Positions 50,001-64,000 of a stretch of DNA of 64,000 nucleotides are shown here, one piece after another (the first letter of the stretch is position 1; each line of letters begins with the position of its first letter). This stretch comes from a virus (taxonomy: Duplodnaviria; Caudoviricetes). Under the pieces are notes generated by a model. The model made no database searches. It was not told the DNA's origin and worked only from the letters and a program-made list of their open reading frames with translations. The translations under genes were made by a program, and so were the position numbers. The stretch covers positions 1 through 64,000 of the IMG/VR virus record IMGVR_UViG_2974732664_000001; one strand, written 5' to 3'.

Positions 50001-53000
50001 ATTCCTAAGATTTTCCATCAGCCTTAAAGTTCTTTCCAAATGTACCCTTGGCAGAACCCATTAACTATCCATACTTCTTAAGTATTGGCTAAGCAATAAA
50101 TGAGAATGTAGCCTTACCCTTTCCTGCTCTAAGCAAGAAGTTTACATGATTATATGTAGCAGAGTTAATGTTAAGGTCAAAGATATATGGGTCCTTGGCA
50201 ACGTCCACATGGGCATTAACCATAGCTGACAACCAGTCTGAAATACGTTCTCCATCTTCTCCAAGAACCTAGTCAAGGTCATGGAATCCGAATTGATTAT
50301 CTCCGTATCTCATAGACAAATGAGTAAACTATGTAAGAGCCATATTTGTTACATTCAATGCGAATGGACCAATACCGTCTTTACCTGTAGAGAACTCCAT
50401 CTTACGTCTAGACTGGAATGAAGGAGTAAGCTCATACATAGATGGTCTATACTCACTTAATCCACTCTTTAAGTGAGGAAGAATCTCTGACTTGATAACA
50501 TCTGTAATAGTATCAATAGAAGCACGCGCATTAGAAAAGTTTCTTGTATCAGATATGATGTCAATGTAATTATTGAGCAATCTATTCTATATAGCTCCAT
50601 AAGAAGCTTGCTACAAAATTTTCTGCACTGCATTTTGCTTAGATCCTTTTACCTTGCTAGAGAATATGTCGGATATTTGTTTTTCCTACTCTTCTGTAAT
50701 TGTGTCTAATTCACCGTTTGTGTAAGACATAGTAGCAATAAACAGTTTATCGACATCGAAGTCAGAACCTGTCTGAGCAGTAAACTCTCTAGGAACTACT
50801 ATTGTATCACCAGATTGAGTAGGAAGTACATCGGCTACTGTCATAGCAAACATAGATGACATACCCTGTGTAGGAATACGATAGCCAATACCAAAAGGTT
50901 TAGGGTGAGAATATGATTTCTGTATAGATATGTTTGTATTTGTATTAAAATCCAAATTAACATTATCTAATAAATCTTTTAATTCTAATTGTAATTTATT
51001 GCCAATTTGGTTTTTGTAATCCTAATGTTTATCAATTACATCTTTTATTGTATAAACGTTATTCTTCTATAAAATACGTAATAATTTAACAGATAAATTA
51101 AAATCTTCTATCTTTGCGTCTAAAATACCTTTGAGTTGTTTTTGTTCTTCTGTAATATTCCAATATTCTTCAGATTTTAATCCATTAATTACATCGTGAT
51201 CGATAAGCCACTGTCTCATCATACCATATGTCTTCTGATATTCTTGAGGAACAACTGGTCTAAAGAAGTTGATAGAAAGCATAACTTCCATACTACCATT
51301 CTATGTATTCCATCTAATCTCTCTACCTCCGTTAAGCAAATGATAATCGCCATCTTCGTAAGATCTAACACTATTATCATCAAAGCCCGTAAAGCCAAAT
51401 ATAGATTGCTGGACGGCAGAGCCTCCTTTGGTTTGTATATCTATTACATCTTTACTAACTGCAGAGAACACACTTTGCTCAAATACCTTTCTAGACATAA
51501 GTGATGCTACAACGCCGCCATTATGAATAATCTCTTCAGCAGATACACCAAGTCCATTGTTTTTAACGATAGTTTCTACAAGATTTCTTACCTATCTCTA
51601 GTTTATATGAGTAAATCTACCTTCATCATTCTAAGAATAGAATCTATCCTATACTTTGTTAATACCAAGCATAGTCATAGCATTAATACAAGCCATAAGA
51701 TCAGCTTTTATTTCTCTACCATATCTAGAAGGTTTACTCTAACCTTGCCAGTCAGCTTTATTTAAACCGTACTTAAGATTATCAAACAAGTTAGAGAACG
51801 CAAGTTTAAACATCTGCGTACCAATAGATCTTTCAGTAGCCTCGTGAGCATCAGTATTAAGCTGCATACGAATTCCGTTAAGATCCTATACTTGTACAGA
51901 AAGCTTACTTCCTTCAGTAGTATTAGCTTTAACTTCTCCTGTAGATCTATCAATATATTGATCAGAATCATTATTGATTGCATCGTCCATTGTTGTTATA
52001 TCTCCATCTATAATCTTTACATCTTTATTATATGGAGAGTATCTATTCTGGTTATCACCAACTTTAACAGCAGATTCAAATGCTATCATATCGATCTCAT
52101 TACCATCTTTGTTCATACGATCATAAAGCTATCTACCAGACGTACTCTATGTAGCATACTTAAACATAGGGAAAATAGCCATCTTATTATACACAGGAAG
52201 ATTCTAGAATATACCAGGACCAAGTTCTGTAGGACTATTACTGAAGTAAGTCATCTTAAGAGGGAATAACTGAAGTTTACTAACCTTTCTGGCTTTCTCT
52301 GGGTCATTCATCCAAGAACCATCAGTCTCAAGGATCTTATAAGCCTCCTCGTCAGAATATCCAGACTCATCTGGCTCTGTAGTCCAGTTACCAAGATTCA
52401 TACGGATCTTTCTATATAGAGCAGGTCTGATACAAACCTATGCGTCTGATACGGTAATCTCTTCGTATGGAGACATCTATTGTTTAGATCGAATATCAAC
52501 AGCTTCTTTTACACTCTTTGGAGCTTTATCAAGAATAGATTTATAATAATTGTCTTTAAGATACATCTTAGTAATCTATCCTTCTCTTGTAAGCTTTTCG
52601 CCTAACTCTTTAGATTCTTTCTCAACAATCTTATCAAACCATTCTGGATTAGATCTAATTTCATCTGCAAGTATTTGTCTTCCAAACTGCGTCTAAACGT
52701 CATTTATGAACTTAGATTTAGCTACAATATCATTTATGTTAAGAACTGTATACTTGCTTCCTCTAAGCTCTTCTTTACCACTTATTGGATCTTTAAATTC
52801 TTGTATCTCCCTATTAGAATATTCTGTTCTAAGATTCTGTCCTGGAGAAAGTATAGCTCCCAAACGTTTAATCTTATCAGCGTCCTTAGCAGTCAATCTT
52901 CTTACTTCCTAAGTACTACCATCAACAGTAAACTTATCGAGAACTTTTCTGTTGTATTGCCACTTATAATAAGCAGGATCTCCAGTAAATACTTTTTCAA

Positions 53001-56000
53001 GTTCTATAGTAGAGATCATCTCGTTTGCTACATTATTAGCTATTGCAGACAATGTACAGTCAGCAACATTACCAGCTTCATCTTCGTAGTAGTCAGATAA
53101 TACTCTTCCACTCTTTCCGAATCTATTATGATAGTAGTCGAGTATCTGTACAGGTATCGCTCTAGGAAGATATGTTTTACCATCAAAATAAACAACCTTT
53201 GTAGAACCATCGTCAGATATAGTCTGGAACTCATCACTGACTCTAGACATAAGCATATGGTTTATGCCATCTTTTAGCATAGACGGATTTGATTTAACAT
53301 AATCGTTAAGATCGTTTATATATCTTCTTATAAGTTCAAATCCATCAAGTTCGTTATCACCTTCCCTTATAGTACCAAGACCGCCATTCTTAACAGGATT
53401 CTTTTCTATAGCCTACTGTTTGTTGTAAAGGAATTCAAGATATTGGTTAAGATTCATCTCTTTACCATTGTCATCCTTTATCTTTATAGCGTCATAGAAG
53501 TATCTGAACATTCCGCCGTTTCCAGCCATATTCATTCTACCATCCTTAATCTTTCCATGGAAGTTGTCTCTTGCTCTTCCTGGATTATTTACAAAGTATG
53601 CTATATTCTTTCTATCGTAGTATTGTTTAAGCGATTCAAGCTCATCGTTAAAATATCCAACAAATCTATTAAGGGTACCTTCGGAGAATCTTAAGGCATT
53701 CCATTTACCAGCTTCATCTGTATGGTTATACGTAATAAGATCGTGCACACATAATCCGTCAGATAATATTTTTACTTCTGCGTCCTTTGCAAGAGGATCA
53801 TAAGATATAGAATACCATGTCTTTTTATCAGCCATTGTAGGGAATACAAGCATGTTGTTATGCTTCATAACCATCTTTGAAATATAGTCTGCAAGAGGTG
53901 TTATTCCAAAGTAATCATCTCCAGTATTCTCTCTAGTATCTTTTATTCCAACAAATGCATTAAGCTTAAACTTGTTTGTATTATCTCCAGGTCTATCTCC
54001 AAGCTGATCGTTTCTAGCTATATTAAGAATAGAACTGTGCTTAGCGTATGGCGACAACATCATCTATTCAACAATGCCATCCTTATTATCATTTATATGA
54101 CGAAGTTTATCAGAAGCTTCATTATTCTCGCTTATAGGATACAATGTAGCTCCATCTGGACCCTTAATACTTACATCGGTAGAAGACGGGTTAGTCTATG
54201 CATAAACCTCAGCCATCTTTGATATAGGTGTTTTTAAACCGTATCCAACAAACAGCTAATCAACTGTAACAACGTCCTTATTTCTCTTTGACTGTTTAGT
54301 TTCAAGATAAGGTTTTCCCTTATACTTATCAAGCAAATCAATAAAGTATGACAAAGAACCAGTTTGTTTATTAGTCTTCCATTTGTAATTATTTTTTGAG
54401 CCATTTTTCTTCTACATAGAGCCGCCGAGCATCATCTATAAGGCCTAGAGCTATGCTAACATAGGATTTTTACCATCAGATTCATCCTTTACCTAATATG
54501 TATAAGCATCAAGTGTTTCTCTGTCGAATGGTATACCCATGTAGTTAAGGATTTTAACAACCTGTGTAGCGGCTTCATCGTAAGCATAAGACAAATCTTG
54601 AATAGTATGTTCATTAAGAACTTTAGAAAGATCTATGGCATCCTGGCGCATCTTTACAAGTGTGTCTACATACTCTGGGTTTATAATAGTCTAGCCATCT
54701 TTAGAAACAATTACATTAGAAGAAGCAAATTCCTAACTCCATAAACGTGGCTAGTTTCTCTTTGCCTTGAGCGTATTATCATTTCTTATCTCCCAATTAC
54801 GCTTCTCATCTGTAGGTATTTCTACTACAGATGAAACCATGTCTTCTGGAAGGTCCATGATGCCCATAGATTTTTCTACTGGGTCATTAAGCCAAATCTA
54901 TGCTACTTGATTATAAGAACTCTTTACTGTAGCAAGTATCTGGTTTTCAAGCTCTATATCTCCTTCTATTTCTTCAAGCTTATCATTAAGAGCGACAAAT
55001 AAAGCCATCTTTCTATCAGCGAGCTATTTAACTTTACCTCTAATTGAATTAGCTGCAAACACACCAGTATTTTGATCTATATTATCATAAGATTCGCACA
55101 TCCACAAATTCTTTAGTATAGAGCTCCATGCTTCGCTATAGCTCCAATACAAAGGAACATCGCTAATAATGTCATTAAACTATGTCTCGTACTCACGTTC
55201 TCCTGTTTCTGAGTCAAGAACAAACTTACCTTTTTCTATAAGACTCAAGAAAAGCTTAGCTCTAAATGCTACATTGTCTTTTTTACTTATAGACAACTAC
55301 ATTACATCCCAAGTATTATCTGCTCTATCGCCAATATCTCTAGACTGATCGTCGTCGTTTATAGAATCTTTATTTGTAAGATCATTAGTCTCATCCATCT
55401 ATGAGAATTTCTTTACATTTGCCTTTATTCCATACTAAGAAAACACATTGGCTACAATACCTTCAAAAGCTTTAGGATTATTACAGATATCGTTTATTAT
55501 AGATTGCTTTAACGGATCTGATTCAAACTCATTGTTATTCTTTAAATCTTCAATAAGATCATTGAATTTAGATACCTTTTTGCTATTAATATCGTTTGGG
55601 GTTTTAAAACCGTAATCGCTTAATAACTTCTGCGCCAAGGCTACACCACACTGATAGAATGTATGATAATCCTTTATTCCTTCAAGCTTATCGAGAGTAG
55701 ATTGATCTACAGTAGGAACATAGTAGTCTGCTGAAGCTACGCCGTTTGGATATCTGTTCTCAAACTCCTTTATAGAGTCTTTGTCCATATGTACGTCAAA
55801 ATACTGTCCATTATTAATGGCGTTAAATACATTGCGTACAATATCTTTCTTTCTGGATACCTTTACAAAATCAAGTATATTGTTATACAATCTCTTGATC
55901 GTGTTAATGATTCCCTTTCCGTTTCGCATTTCTGCATATCTACGGAAATCTTCAGCCATCAACTCTTCGACTTCTCCGAATGTAATATTCTTTAAGTTGT

Positions 56001-59000
56001 GTGATTTAATATAAGCATCATATAATCTAAGTCTCTATGCTTTATTATTTAACAGCAAATTAACGTAATGCCATGCTTCATGATAATGAATACCATATCC
56101 AGCCTCATTAGATAAAGTGATAACACCGTTTACCTATCTATCTATATAATCTGCTGCAAGACTTGTGATACCATATACCTTACTATTTTCGCAGCTTTTA
56201 AGAACACCGTCAAGAACGACAACTTTAGTCTCATCTAATCCAAGCTTTTCGCTAAGCCATTTTCTAGCAGCTTTCTCATCAAATTTTCCTTTTGATTTGA
56301 ATCTAGAGAATACTCCAGTATATCCATCCTATCTAACCTTGCTGTTACGAAGTATAGACAATGGATCCTATGCGTTTATATGAAGTTTTCCATTTACACC
56401 AACATTAAGTATAGGAACATAGCCCTTACTTGCAACATTCTTAAGCATAGTATCAGATACAAAAGTAAGATCTTTTACATCAAACTTCTAACCTTCCTAA
56501 GAATTGGCATAATCTACATATTTCTATACATGCTATGCAATAATACGTTTAACTTCATCTAACGATTTACCTTCTACATCCTCTTTGAGTACATCAATTA
56601 CAACTATATCATATATACCACGTTTTCTATAGTTGTTTAACACATCTTTTCTAGCATCATCAGACAGAACTAAGAAATCATCTTTAGTAACCTTCTATTT
56701 CTATGAATCGCTCTTATATCTGCTCTGCATTCTGCTTATAGCCTCATCAGTAAATCTCTTTGCTGCTATATTTGCCTCTGCTTCAATTACGCTAGGATTC
56801 TCCTATTTTTTGCTTTCCCTCTTTACCTTTGCTACAGCCTTCTTCTTTGTTGAAGCCTGCACTCCGTCGGAATATATAAATGGTGCGTAGAAATGTTGTG
56901 GGGCTAAGTCTGTAAGAAGCTTGCCATTATTTATCATCCATGCAGCAAGTGATACCTTTTTAGGATTAAGCTAACCATTCTTGTTTGTAGAGAATAACTC
57001 ATCTCTCTTAAATTCGAGCTGATTAAGACCAAAGAATTTATATGATTTAGCTTTAGGATTATTCTCAAAATACTATCTTAAGAACGCAGATAATTTAGGC
57101 ATAGATTTATTAAAATGTTCGACCATATCTGCTTTATCTGTGTTCCAGTGTAAATTGTTTGCTATATATCTAATAGTAGACCTTCTTGTCTTCTCAGACT
57201 AATCGCCAAACAACTAATCCATAGATAGTTTTAAATCCTATCTAGTGCCCGGTTTGGTTAACACAAGCTAATTCTTCTCATCGTCGAAATAGAACTGCTT
57301 AGAAGCTAAATAAGGGTGCTTTTTATCAGCTTTAGTAGCAAATGTAGTATGTACGCTTAACGCAAGCAGATCTGCAATCAATCCCTGGTTACCTTCAAAT
57401 TCTTCTGGATTAATTCTACCAGTAACCATGTATAATATAAGCTCAGCCATAGATAGTGTGGCATTTCTATTTATTTTTCCTGTATTTGGATCTATAGCTA
57501 ACTACATATTAACAGGATCAATAAACTGCATCTTACCATCTTTGCCCTAAACCTAATTGAATCTTTCTTCTCTAAGCATTACAGGAACAATGTATCCACT
57601 AGGACCTGTTATCGTAAAGTACAATTTACCAGAATAACCTTTACCGTCTATTGTGTCTCCAGAAGGTTTGTAGAGATTACGAATAAGAAATCTATTACCT
57701 TCATCAGCCATTACTCCGGTACCATAGCCAAGTGTTATAGTGCCATTCTCGAGCTACATTGTAAGTTCTTCTGGATCAGAAGGAATGCCAAGATTCAAAT
57801 CTTTTTCTGTAAGTAGTCTAAAATCAACAAGATTATTTTCAAGTTTTGGTCTAGTCTATATTTTACCGTTACTTATACTAGCTTCTTGTGGCTTTACATC
57901 AGTTCTAATAGTCTATGGTATTATATACTTACCATCTTTAAATGTGCAATACGCTTCAATTATAGCGTTTCTATTATCTCTAAGTCTCTAGATTTGCTGT
58001 GTAACCTAATTGTTTGTCAAAGGAACCTTGCCTGGAAGAGCTGACTTGTTTCTAGTAGTATCGTCTATATATGCACGTATCTAACCGGCGTTTTCTGGAT
58101 CACTTTCATGTAGGTTGTTATACCAATCTATTACTTTCTTATTCAGTTTATCATCGTTTTCCAGAAGAGATTGATCAACATTATTATGAAGTAAGTAATA
58201 ATTTTTCGCTGTCTCAAACAGATTGACCTTATATGCATCCATATCGACGCCTATAAATTTAAGTTTATTAGCGAGCTCATATGAAAGATCAACATCTGTG
58301 TTTTTCTTATACTCGTAATGGTATTTACCTATTGCTCTAAGTGCAGAGAAGTATATCTTATTGCCATCTCTTATAGCCAAAGATACTGTGAATAAATCTC
58401 TTTCGTCACCAATATTTCCTTTCTGGTATTTCTGCATCTATGACACAACGTAGAACTTATCAGCTTTTTCAAACCATCCTTTCTATGTAAGTTTCTGTGC
58501 AAGTTCTGCACCAGTACCAATAGTACATCCATCTGGTAATTTTACATCCTTACCGTCAACTCTTATATCCATAGGTTCTTCTGCATCAGGTCTATAGAAG
58601 AATGTATGATCAATGTATCTTCTCTCTATATCTTCAGACTCCTATACAGCTTGTGGTTTAGGTTTTCTATCATCGTATACTCCAGATGTATCAGTTGACT
58701 CAGTTGGGTTATCCATATTACTAAGAGTATCAGACTCACTCTATATATCTACATCCAACTTTTCTGGAAGATCCTCTATGTTTAAAGTTCCGTTATCATC
58801 GTACTTCTTAGGTAATACTTCTGGTTCTTCTTGTTCTAAAGGATTTTCTATATTGAGCGTATCTTCTGCATCAATACTTTTAGGATCAATAACCTACGCA
58901 GTCTTACCTTCTTTATAAGGAACCTGGTCTATATCATCGTTGCTATCTTCTGGATTGTCGTCAGGAAAGTCCTAATCATCCTGAATTCGTTCAGCACTAA

Positions 59001-62000
59001 GACCAGTATCAGCAATTGTTTTATCTGGAGTTAAGTCTGGAGAATTGTTATCGTCTTTCTTTTCTGGCTCATCATCCTCTTGTACCTGCTACTGTTCTAT
59101 CTATTTCTCTGTATTATCCTAAACACCGGTATCCGTACTATTTTGCTAAGCTTCTTGAGATTTTCCTGGCTTTATAGCTATAGCTCTACCGTTATTATCA
59201 TCATCTTTCTCATCTGTGAAATCAGTAGAATCTGATTGTTCCACCACGGCTTTCTACTTCTACTGTTTTTCCCTAAGCTTCTACTACTATTTATCTTCAG
59301 TAGGGCTCATTCCTAAAGCTTCTTCGAGGTTTCTTTCATTTTCTGTAGAACCTTGCTGAGAATTATCCATAGCTGCATCAAGCTCAGATGTGTCAAGCAC
59401 TGACTTATCCTAAGATATTGGCTGCACATTTATATCTTCAGCCTCTTTCTCAATATCTGGACTCTTAGGCTCACCAGCAAGATCTTTAATTCTCTGAGTT
59501 ACTTCTTCATCGGCTGTACCTTCTTCAGCTTGCTAAACGTCATCTTGTGTAAGTGGTCTTTCTTGATTCCATTCTCTACGAGCTATACGCATACGATTCT
59601 TTTTGTCAGCAAGAACTGAACCAATAAGATCTCTAGCAGCCTTTCTTTCCATATCAGTAAGGCGAAAAATATCATCCATACTCATATTAGATGTGTCGTC
59701 ATTACCTTCAATCTTATCTCTTAATTCTGCGTATTTTTTAGATAGATATTTTATGGAATTTCTCTTCTTGTTCTACTCATTCGAGTATGCCGCTCTGACC
59801 TACGCTTCAGTTGGAGATTGTTTGCCTTGCTCTTGGTATAAACCCTATACCTTTTTAGTGAACTCTGACTTTTGCTCATCTGACAATTCGCTCCAGTTCT
59901 ATTCTCTTCTAGAAAAATACACGGATCTAGGGTCAACTTGTCCTGTAGTAAATGCTACAGACATTGGCTTTAGCACATTGAATAAAGCGTCGTTTATAAG
60001 AAATGCCTAATAAGCATTGTCTATTTCATCCTGGTTATCAAAGTCCTAGTAATATTCAAAGATTGAGTCATATGTTATCTTTTTATGCTATTTCTCCTTG
60101 TCACTTATAGAGGCATTTAACAAATCAATCTTTTCATTGTATGCTAATATATCTTTAGAATTCTCTACTTCATTCTTTCTGTTCTATACAAGCTTATCAA
60201 GGTAATCAATCATACCGGTAAGCTTGTCAGTATTGATATCCGTTCCTGTTTCATTAGATATTAACTAAAGCCTTCTTTTTTGATCCTTTAAATCTTTAGC
60301 CAACTTCTAAGCTGCCTTATACAATCTATAGGTGAATATTGATTCAAGTCTAGACTATATATATTCATCCTCTGGACCAACCTTGAACTCATCACGCTCA
60401 TTCATTGCGTTTTCGATAGCCTCATCCAAAGGTATTCTTTGTGGATCATATTCATAATAAGCTTCATTATTATCATCTTCATAATAAGCTTCATTCTTAT
60501 CGATCCACTCTTGACCAGCTTTCTTTCCTTCTTCAGAGTTCTTGAATTGATTTCTTCTATCGTTTATAAATTCATTAAACCTCTGGTATTCCTGCTCTAT
60601 TTTATTAATAATATTAGATAGCGTTGGATTGTCTTCCTATACAGTCTTATTTATTATAGAATCAATGTTGTTTCTAGCTTTCTCGTAATCTTTTGCTGCG
60701 TTATTAGAATCTATCATGACTCTAACAGCCGCTTGTACGAGCTATTTATGATCTTCACTATTTCTAGAAATGTTTAGATCTTTCATAGACTGTTCAAGGT
60801 TCTTGTTGTTGTATGCAAACCACGCAGCATTAAGAAGCTCTTTGTCATTCTCTATATAACTATCTGAGCCATCTTGCAATAAAGAACCCTTGTACTTTTT
60901 CATATCATCAAGAGACGTCTGTAGTCTATCTTTATTTACGCCAGCTCTACTAAATGCGTCAAAGAATATTCCTATATGATCATTATCTTGTGCAAGTTGA
61001 TAATTATTAGCAGCTATACTGCGAATAACATTATCATTTCTAAGCTATGCTACAGTATTTCTCAAACTATACTTATCGCTTGAGCTAAAAGGGCTAGTAC
61101 TACCTTCTCTGTATGGAGCTAATAAGTTTTTAACATCATGAGGAATTCTGAACAGTAATCCTGTCATAGCTCCTATTTCCATAGATCTCCTTAATTCTGC
61201 ATCACCATTATCTGGGTCTCCAGATGATATTCCAAGATAAGCTGCTGCAGCATCTACGTTCAAGAACAGGTTATCAAATACACTTGGCAAATAAAAAGAA
61301 GACTCACCTGTTGAGTAATTATCATATTCTCCTCTTTTAAATCTAGATGTAAGTAACTACTGTTTACCTTCTTCAAGAGCCTCGGATGTAGCAAGAGGGA
61401 ATAATCTTTCAAATTTCTTTGCAAGATATTTTGAACCATGAACAAATTTGAGCCTATCACCTATATTGCTAAATTTACTCATAGCTACTCTATCTATAGC
61501 ATTATCTATGACTCCAGTAGCGGCAGCTTTTGTGGCCTTGTCTAATACCTTATCCTATATGTGCATCTTTGGAACTCTAGAAAACACGTTGTTAGCAGCT
61601 TTAGATATCACTCCTCTCGTATAATCCATAAAAGGTAAAGCTTGTAAATAATCCTCGAACGCCATTGCGTTATTATCATTTATAAGCTTAGCTAAACCCT
61701 TTCTAGAGTCTACTTTAATCTTATCGAAGTTAGCATCACCTGTAGGTATATTGTAAGCTAATGCGAGCTTTACTTTTTCAATCTAATCAAGGTCTTTTGA
61801 ATCTACGCCTATACGCTTAGAATACTAATCGACAGCATTAAATACCTTGCTAAAATCTACATCTGTTTTATATGAAGAATCCAAAACTCTTTGTGCTAAA
61901 GCATTTATAGCTTCACCATTAGTCTCCGACTAGCGCATTTGTTTTGTCCAATATATTTCAGCTGCAGCAGTAGAGCCACCTATTATTTTTCTAGCAGTTT

Positions 62001-63357
62001 TTACTCTACTTAACACATTAGCAACTTGATCTACATTTTTTGCAGAATTAAAAGCTTTTGCCATATCTTCAGCAGTAAGTACAATGCCTAGTCCAGGAAT
62101 CTTTCTAGTAAGGAATTTTACAGCTGCTTTTGTAGCCAATGCACCACCAGCATTAGTTGCTATCATTCCTGCGAAACTTGCAGCATCGCTATATGATGTA
62201 CCTATCTCTGGTACTAAATAACCCCATTGTGTAGGGTCGATAATAGAACCAATTAAACCGCCTCTATTCTGATTCTAAAGGTCTCTAAATTCCGGATTAA
62301 TCTTCTTAGGATCAAATAGCCAATTACCATTTTTATATTGATTTATGGCTGATCTTAACGAAATCTCCTTCTTGTTCTGCTCTCTGTCAAGATCGGTTTT
62401 TAATGCATTTATCTTTGTCTACAATAATTGTGATCCATCTTTTGTTAAATATCCTTCAAATAAATTATCGTAATTACTAGTACCATTCTTTATAGCACGC
62501 TTAATAAACGTTCCACTTTTATCGCCACCAATTGCCTAAGGAAGAACACTACCTATAGCATCCCATGTAGTAAGTGCTATATTCTAAAGACCTTCAGATA
62601 ATGTATCAGCTGTGTATTTTAATGCATTAATCATAGTACCAAAAATACCATTGGTATTAAACTACTAATGAGTGACTAATGTATTATCTTTAAGAGCAGC
62701 TAAATAATCGCTAGCCCCAGCTTTATTTGTATCGTAGAATAAATCTAAAAATACGTCGTCATTCTTATGCTATTTAAAGAAATCTTGGTATTTCTTAACT
62801 TGATCATCTACCTTTATAATAGCATCCTATAATTGTCTAGTCTATTCCTTTGAGGCGTATCCATGACTCTTAAAGGCTCTATATTGATTTATGAGATTCT
62901 ATCTTTGTTTTAGAAGATTATTGTAGTCCTAAGCTATTTTTAGAGCACACTATTGGAAAGTAATATTATCAAGCTCTTTTTCTTTAGAATCTACGTAGGC
63001 TCCATACCCTTTCTCGAATGTAAGCCTATACATATCCTTGAAAGAGAATTTGTCCCATCTCTCTTTCATCTTGTTTAAGTCCCAAGAATCTCCTAAAAGG
63101 AAATCGCCAAGGGAACCACTATTGCTTTCTTCTGTATCTACAACAGCTTTACCATGTTTATCAATCGTAGTATACGCAGGGAATGTCATATTATTAAAAT
63201 CACTGACATCTGTATAGGCGCCCATACTCCCCTCAACATAAGGAGCGGCGTAGTCAGCACTTCTTTGTGCTACACTACGCTGTAAATCCTACGCTATCTA
63301 AGCTCCTCTACTATACGCCTAGTTGTATGTAAACGTCTTTTTATTTTTATTTGCCAT
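47026..63357 (-). CDS. Virion RNA polymerase polyprotein, TAG-recoded (~5443 aa)
   Basis: ATG at 63357 to TAA at 47026. Twenty track fragments are in this one frame and each ends in TAG. Catalytic IGYRIPTQG...QTGSDFDVDKLF (50740-50890); HYHEAWH near 56080. Not every codon was checked. Confidence 0.85.
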
Positions 63358-63366
63358 AATATTTTA

Positions 63367-64000
63367 TTAACCTATCATTAATGAAGAATTTTGTGCATCA
63401 TTAGCCATCTTAAATGCATTACTAGATCCGAATTCCTATTTATTGATATCTGTATTTATATCTCTTATCTTAAACGCACCATTATTCTGAATCGTTCTAG
63501 TCATAGGAACCTAGTAATATGTAGCAGATCCAACTTTTTCTTTCTTTGTTACAGGCTTAGATGCTGCATCAAATGCATCAAGACCAAGTTCTGATGCTAT
63601 CCTTGCTTTATCGTTATTAGAAGTAGCTCCGATTGATACACAGAACTCACTGAATTGTTTTCCAGTAATTGTAACGTGTCCAGCTATATCGAACTACTTA
63701 TGTTTGCCTGGTATCCATCCAGCATTAAGATCTTCGTTTACAAGTGCTCCTCTACCAGCAGATCCACTCTTAAGCCATCTATCAAACTTACGCATTGTCG
63801 TTGCATATCTAAGCCTCTTGTTACCTGTAACATTTATTCTTCTAATCGGAGAATATCTTAAGTTAGAGTCTTTGAGATTTACAGCAAGATGTTTATTCTG
63901 CATTAGTTCAAATTGCTATGGTTTTTCTGTTCCTGCAAACTTATTTAAAAGCACCTTGTGCTCAGCAGAACCACCAGTTGGTTTATACATATATCCACTA
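63367..64000 (-). CDS. 3' end of a virion/ejected protein gene, TAG-recoded (partial)
   Basis: In frame with track ORF 63694-63903; TAA at 63367, 10 nt before the RNAP ATG. Confidence 0.7.

Noticed and set aside
43292-63861. Short plus-strand ORFs in the right arm and other antisense ORFs
   Set aside because: They are shadow frames opposite long real genes, with Ser/Leu/Phe/Ile-rich antisense composition.
41186-64000. Pseudogenes or sequencing errors suggested by the fragmented minus-strand ORFs
   Set aside because: Fragments stay in one frame per gene and the ends checked are all TAG; a CUA tRNA is present.

Overview
A 64-kb piece of a crAss-like (Crassvirales) phage genome with a probable Bacteroidota host, using two genetic codes. 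Late/virion genes (about 1-13390 and 41186-64000) read TAG as Gln, which is why the ORF track is fragmented there. Early/replication genes (13590-41139, + strand) are uninterrupted and sometimes stop on TAG. The left arm holds a tail-fibre-like gene, a diversity-generating retroelement (target/VR, TR and RT, with target and RT both amber-recoded), dUTPase, a Gln-type CUA suppressor tRNA, and HU-like and GroES-like genes. These appear to be driven by divergent ECF-type promoters at about 11.4 kb. The middle encodes an ECF sigma factor, family B DNA polymerase, DnaB helicase, a Sak4-like ATPase, primase and nucleases. The right arm encodes a ~5,440-aa virion RNA polymerase polyprotein (DFDVD motif, HExxH domain, alpha-CTD-like insert) and a ~1,945-aa virion protein. 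The most unusual signal is the non-coding layer of the early region: a hammerhead, two twister ribozymes, a reduced circularly permuted tmRNA, about seven dispersed mini-tRNA-like elements between genes, several repeated pseudoknot/hairpin families with compensatory changes, and a 2.1-kb structured ORF-poor region. Together these suggest a phage-encoded RNA processing and ribosome-rescue system. All calls were made by eye; no database searches were run.
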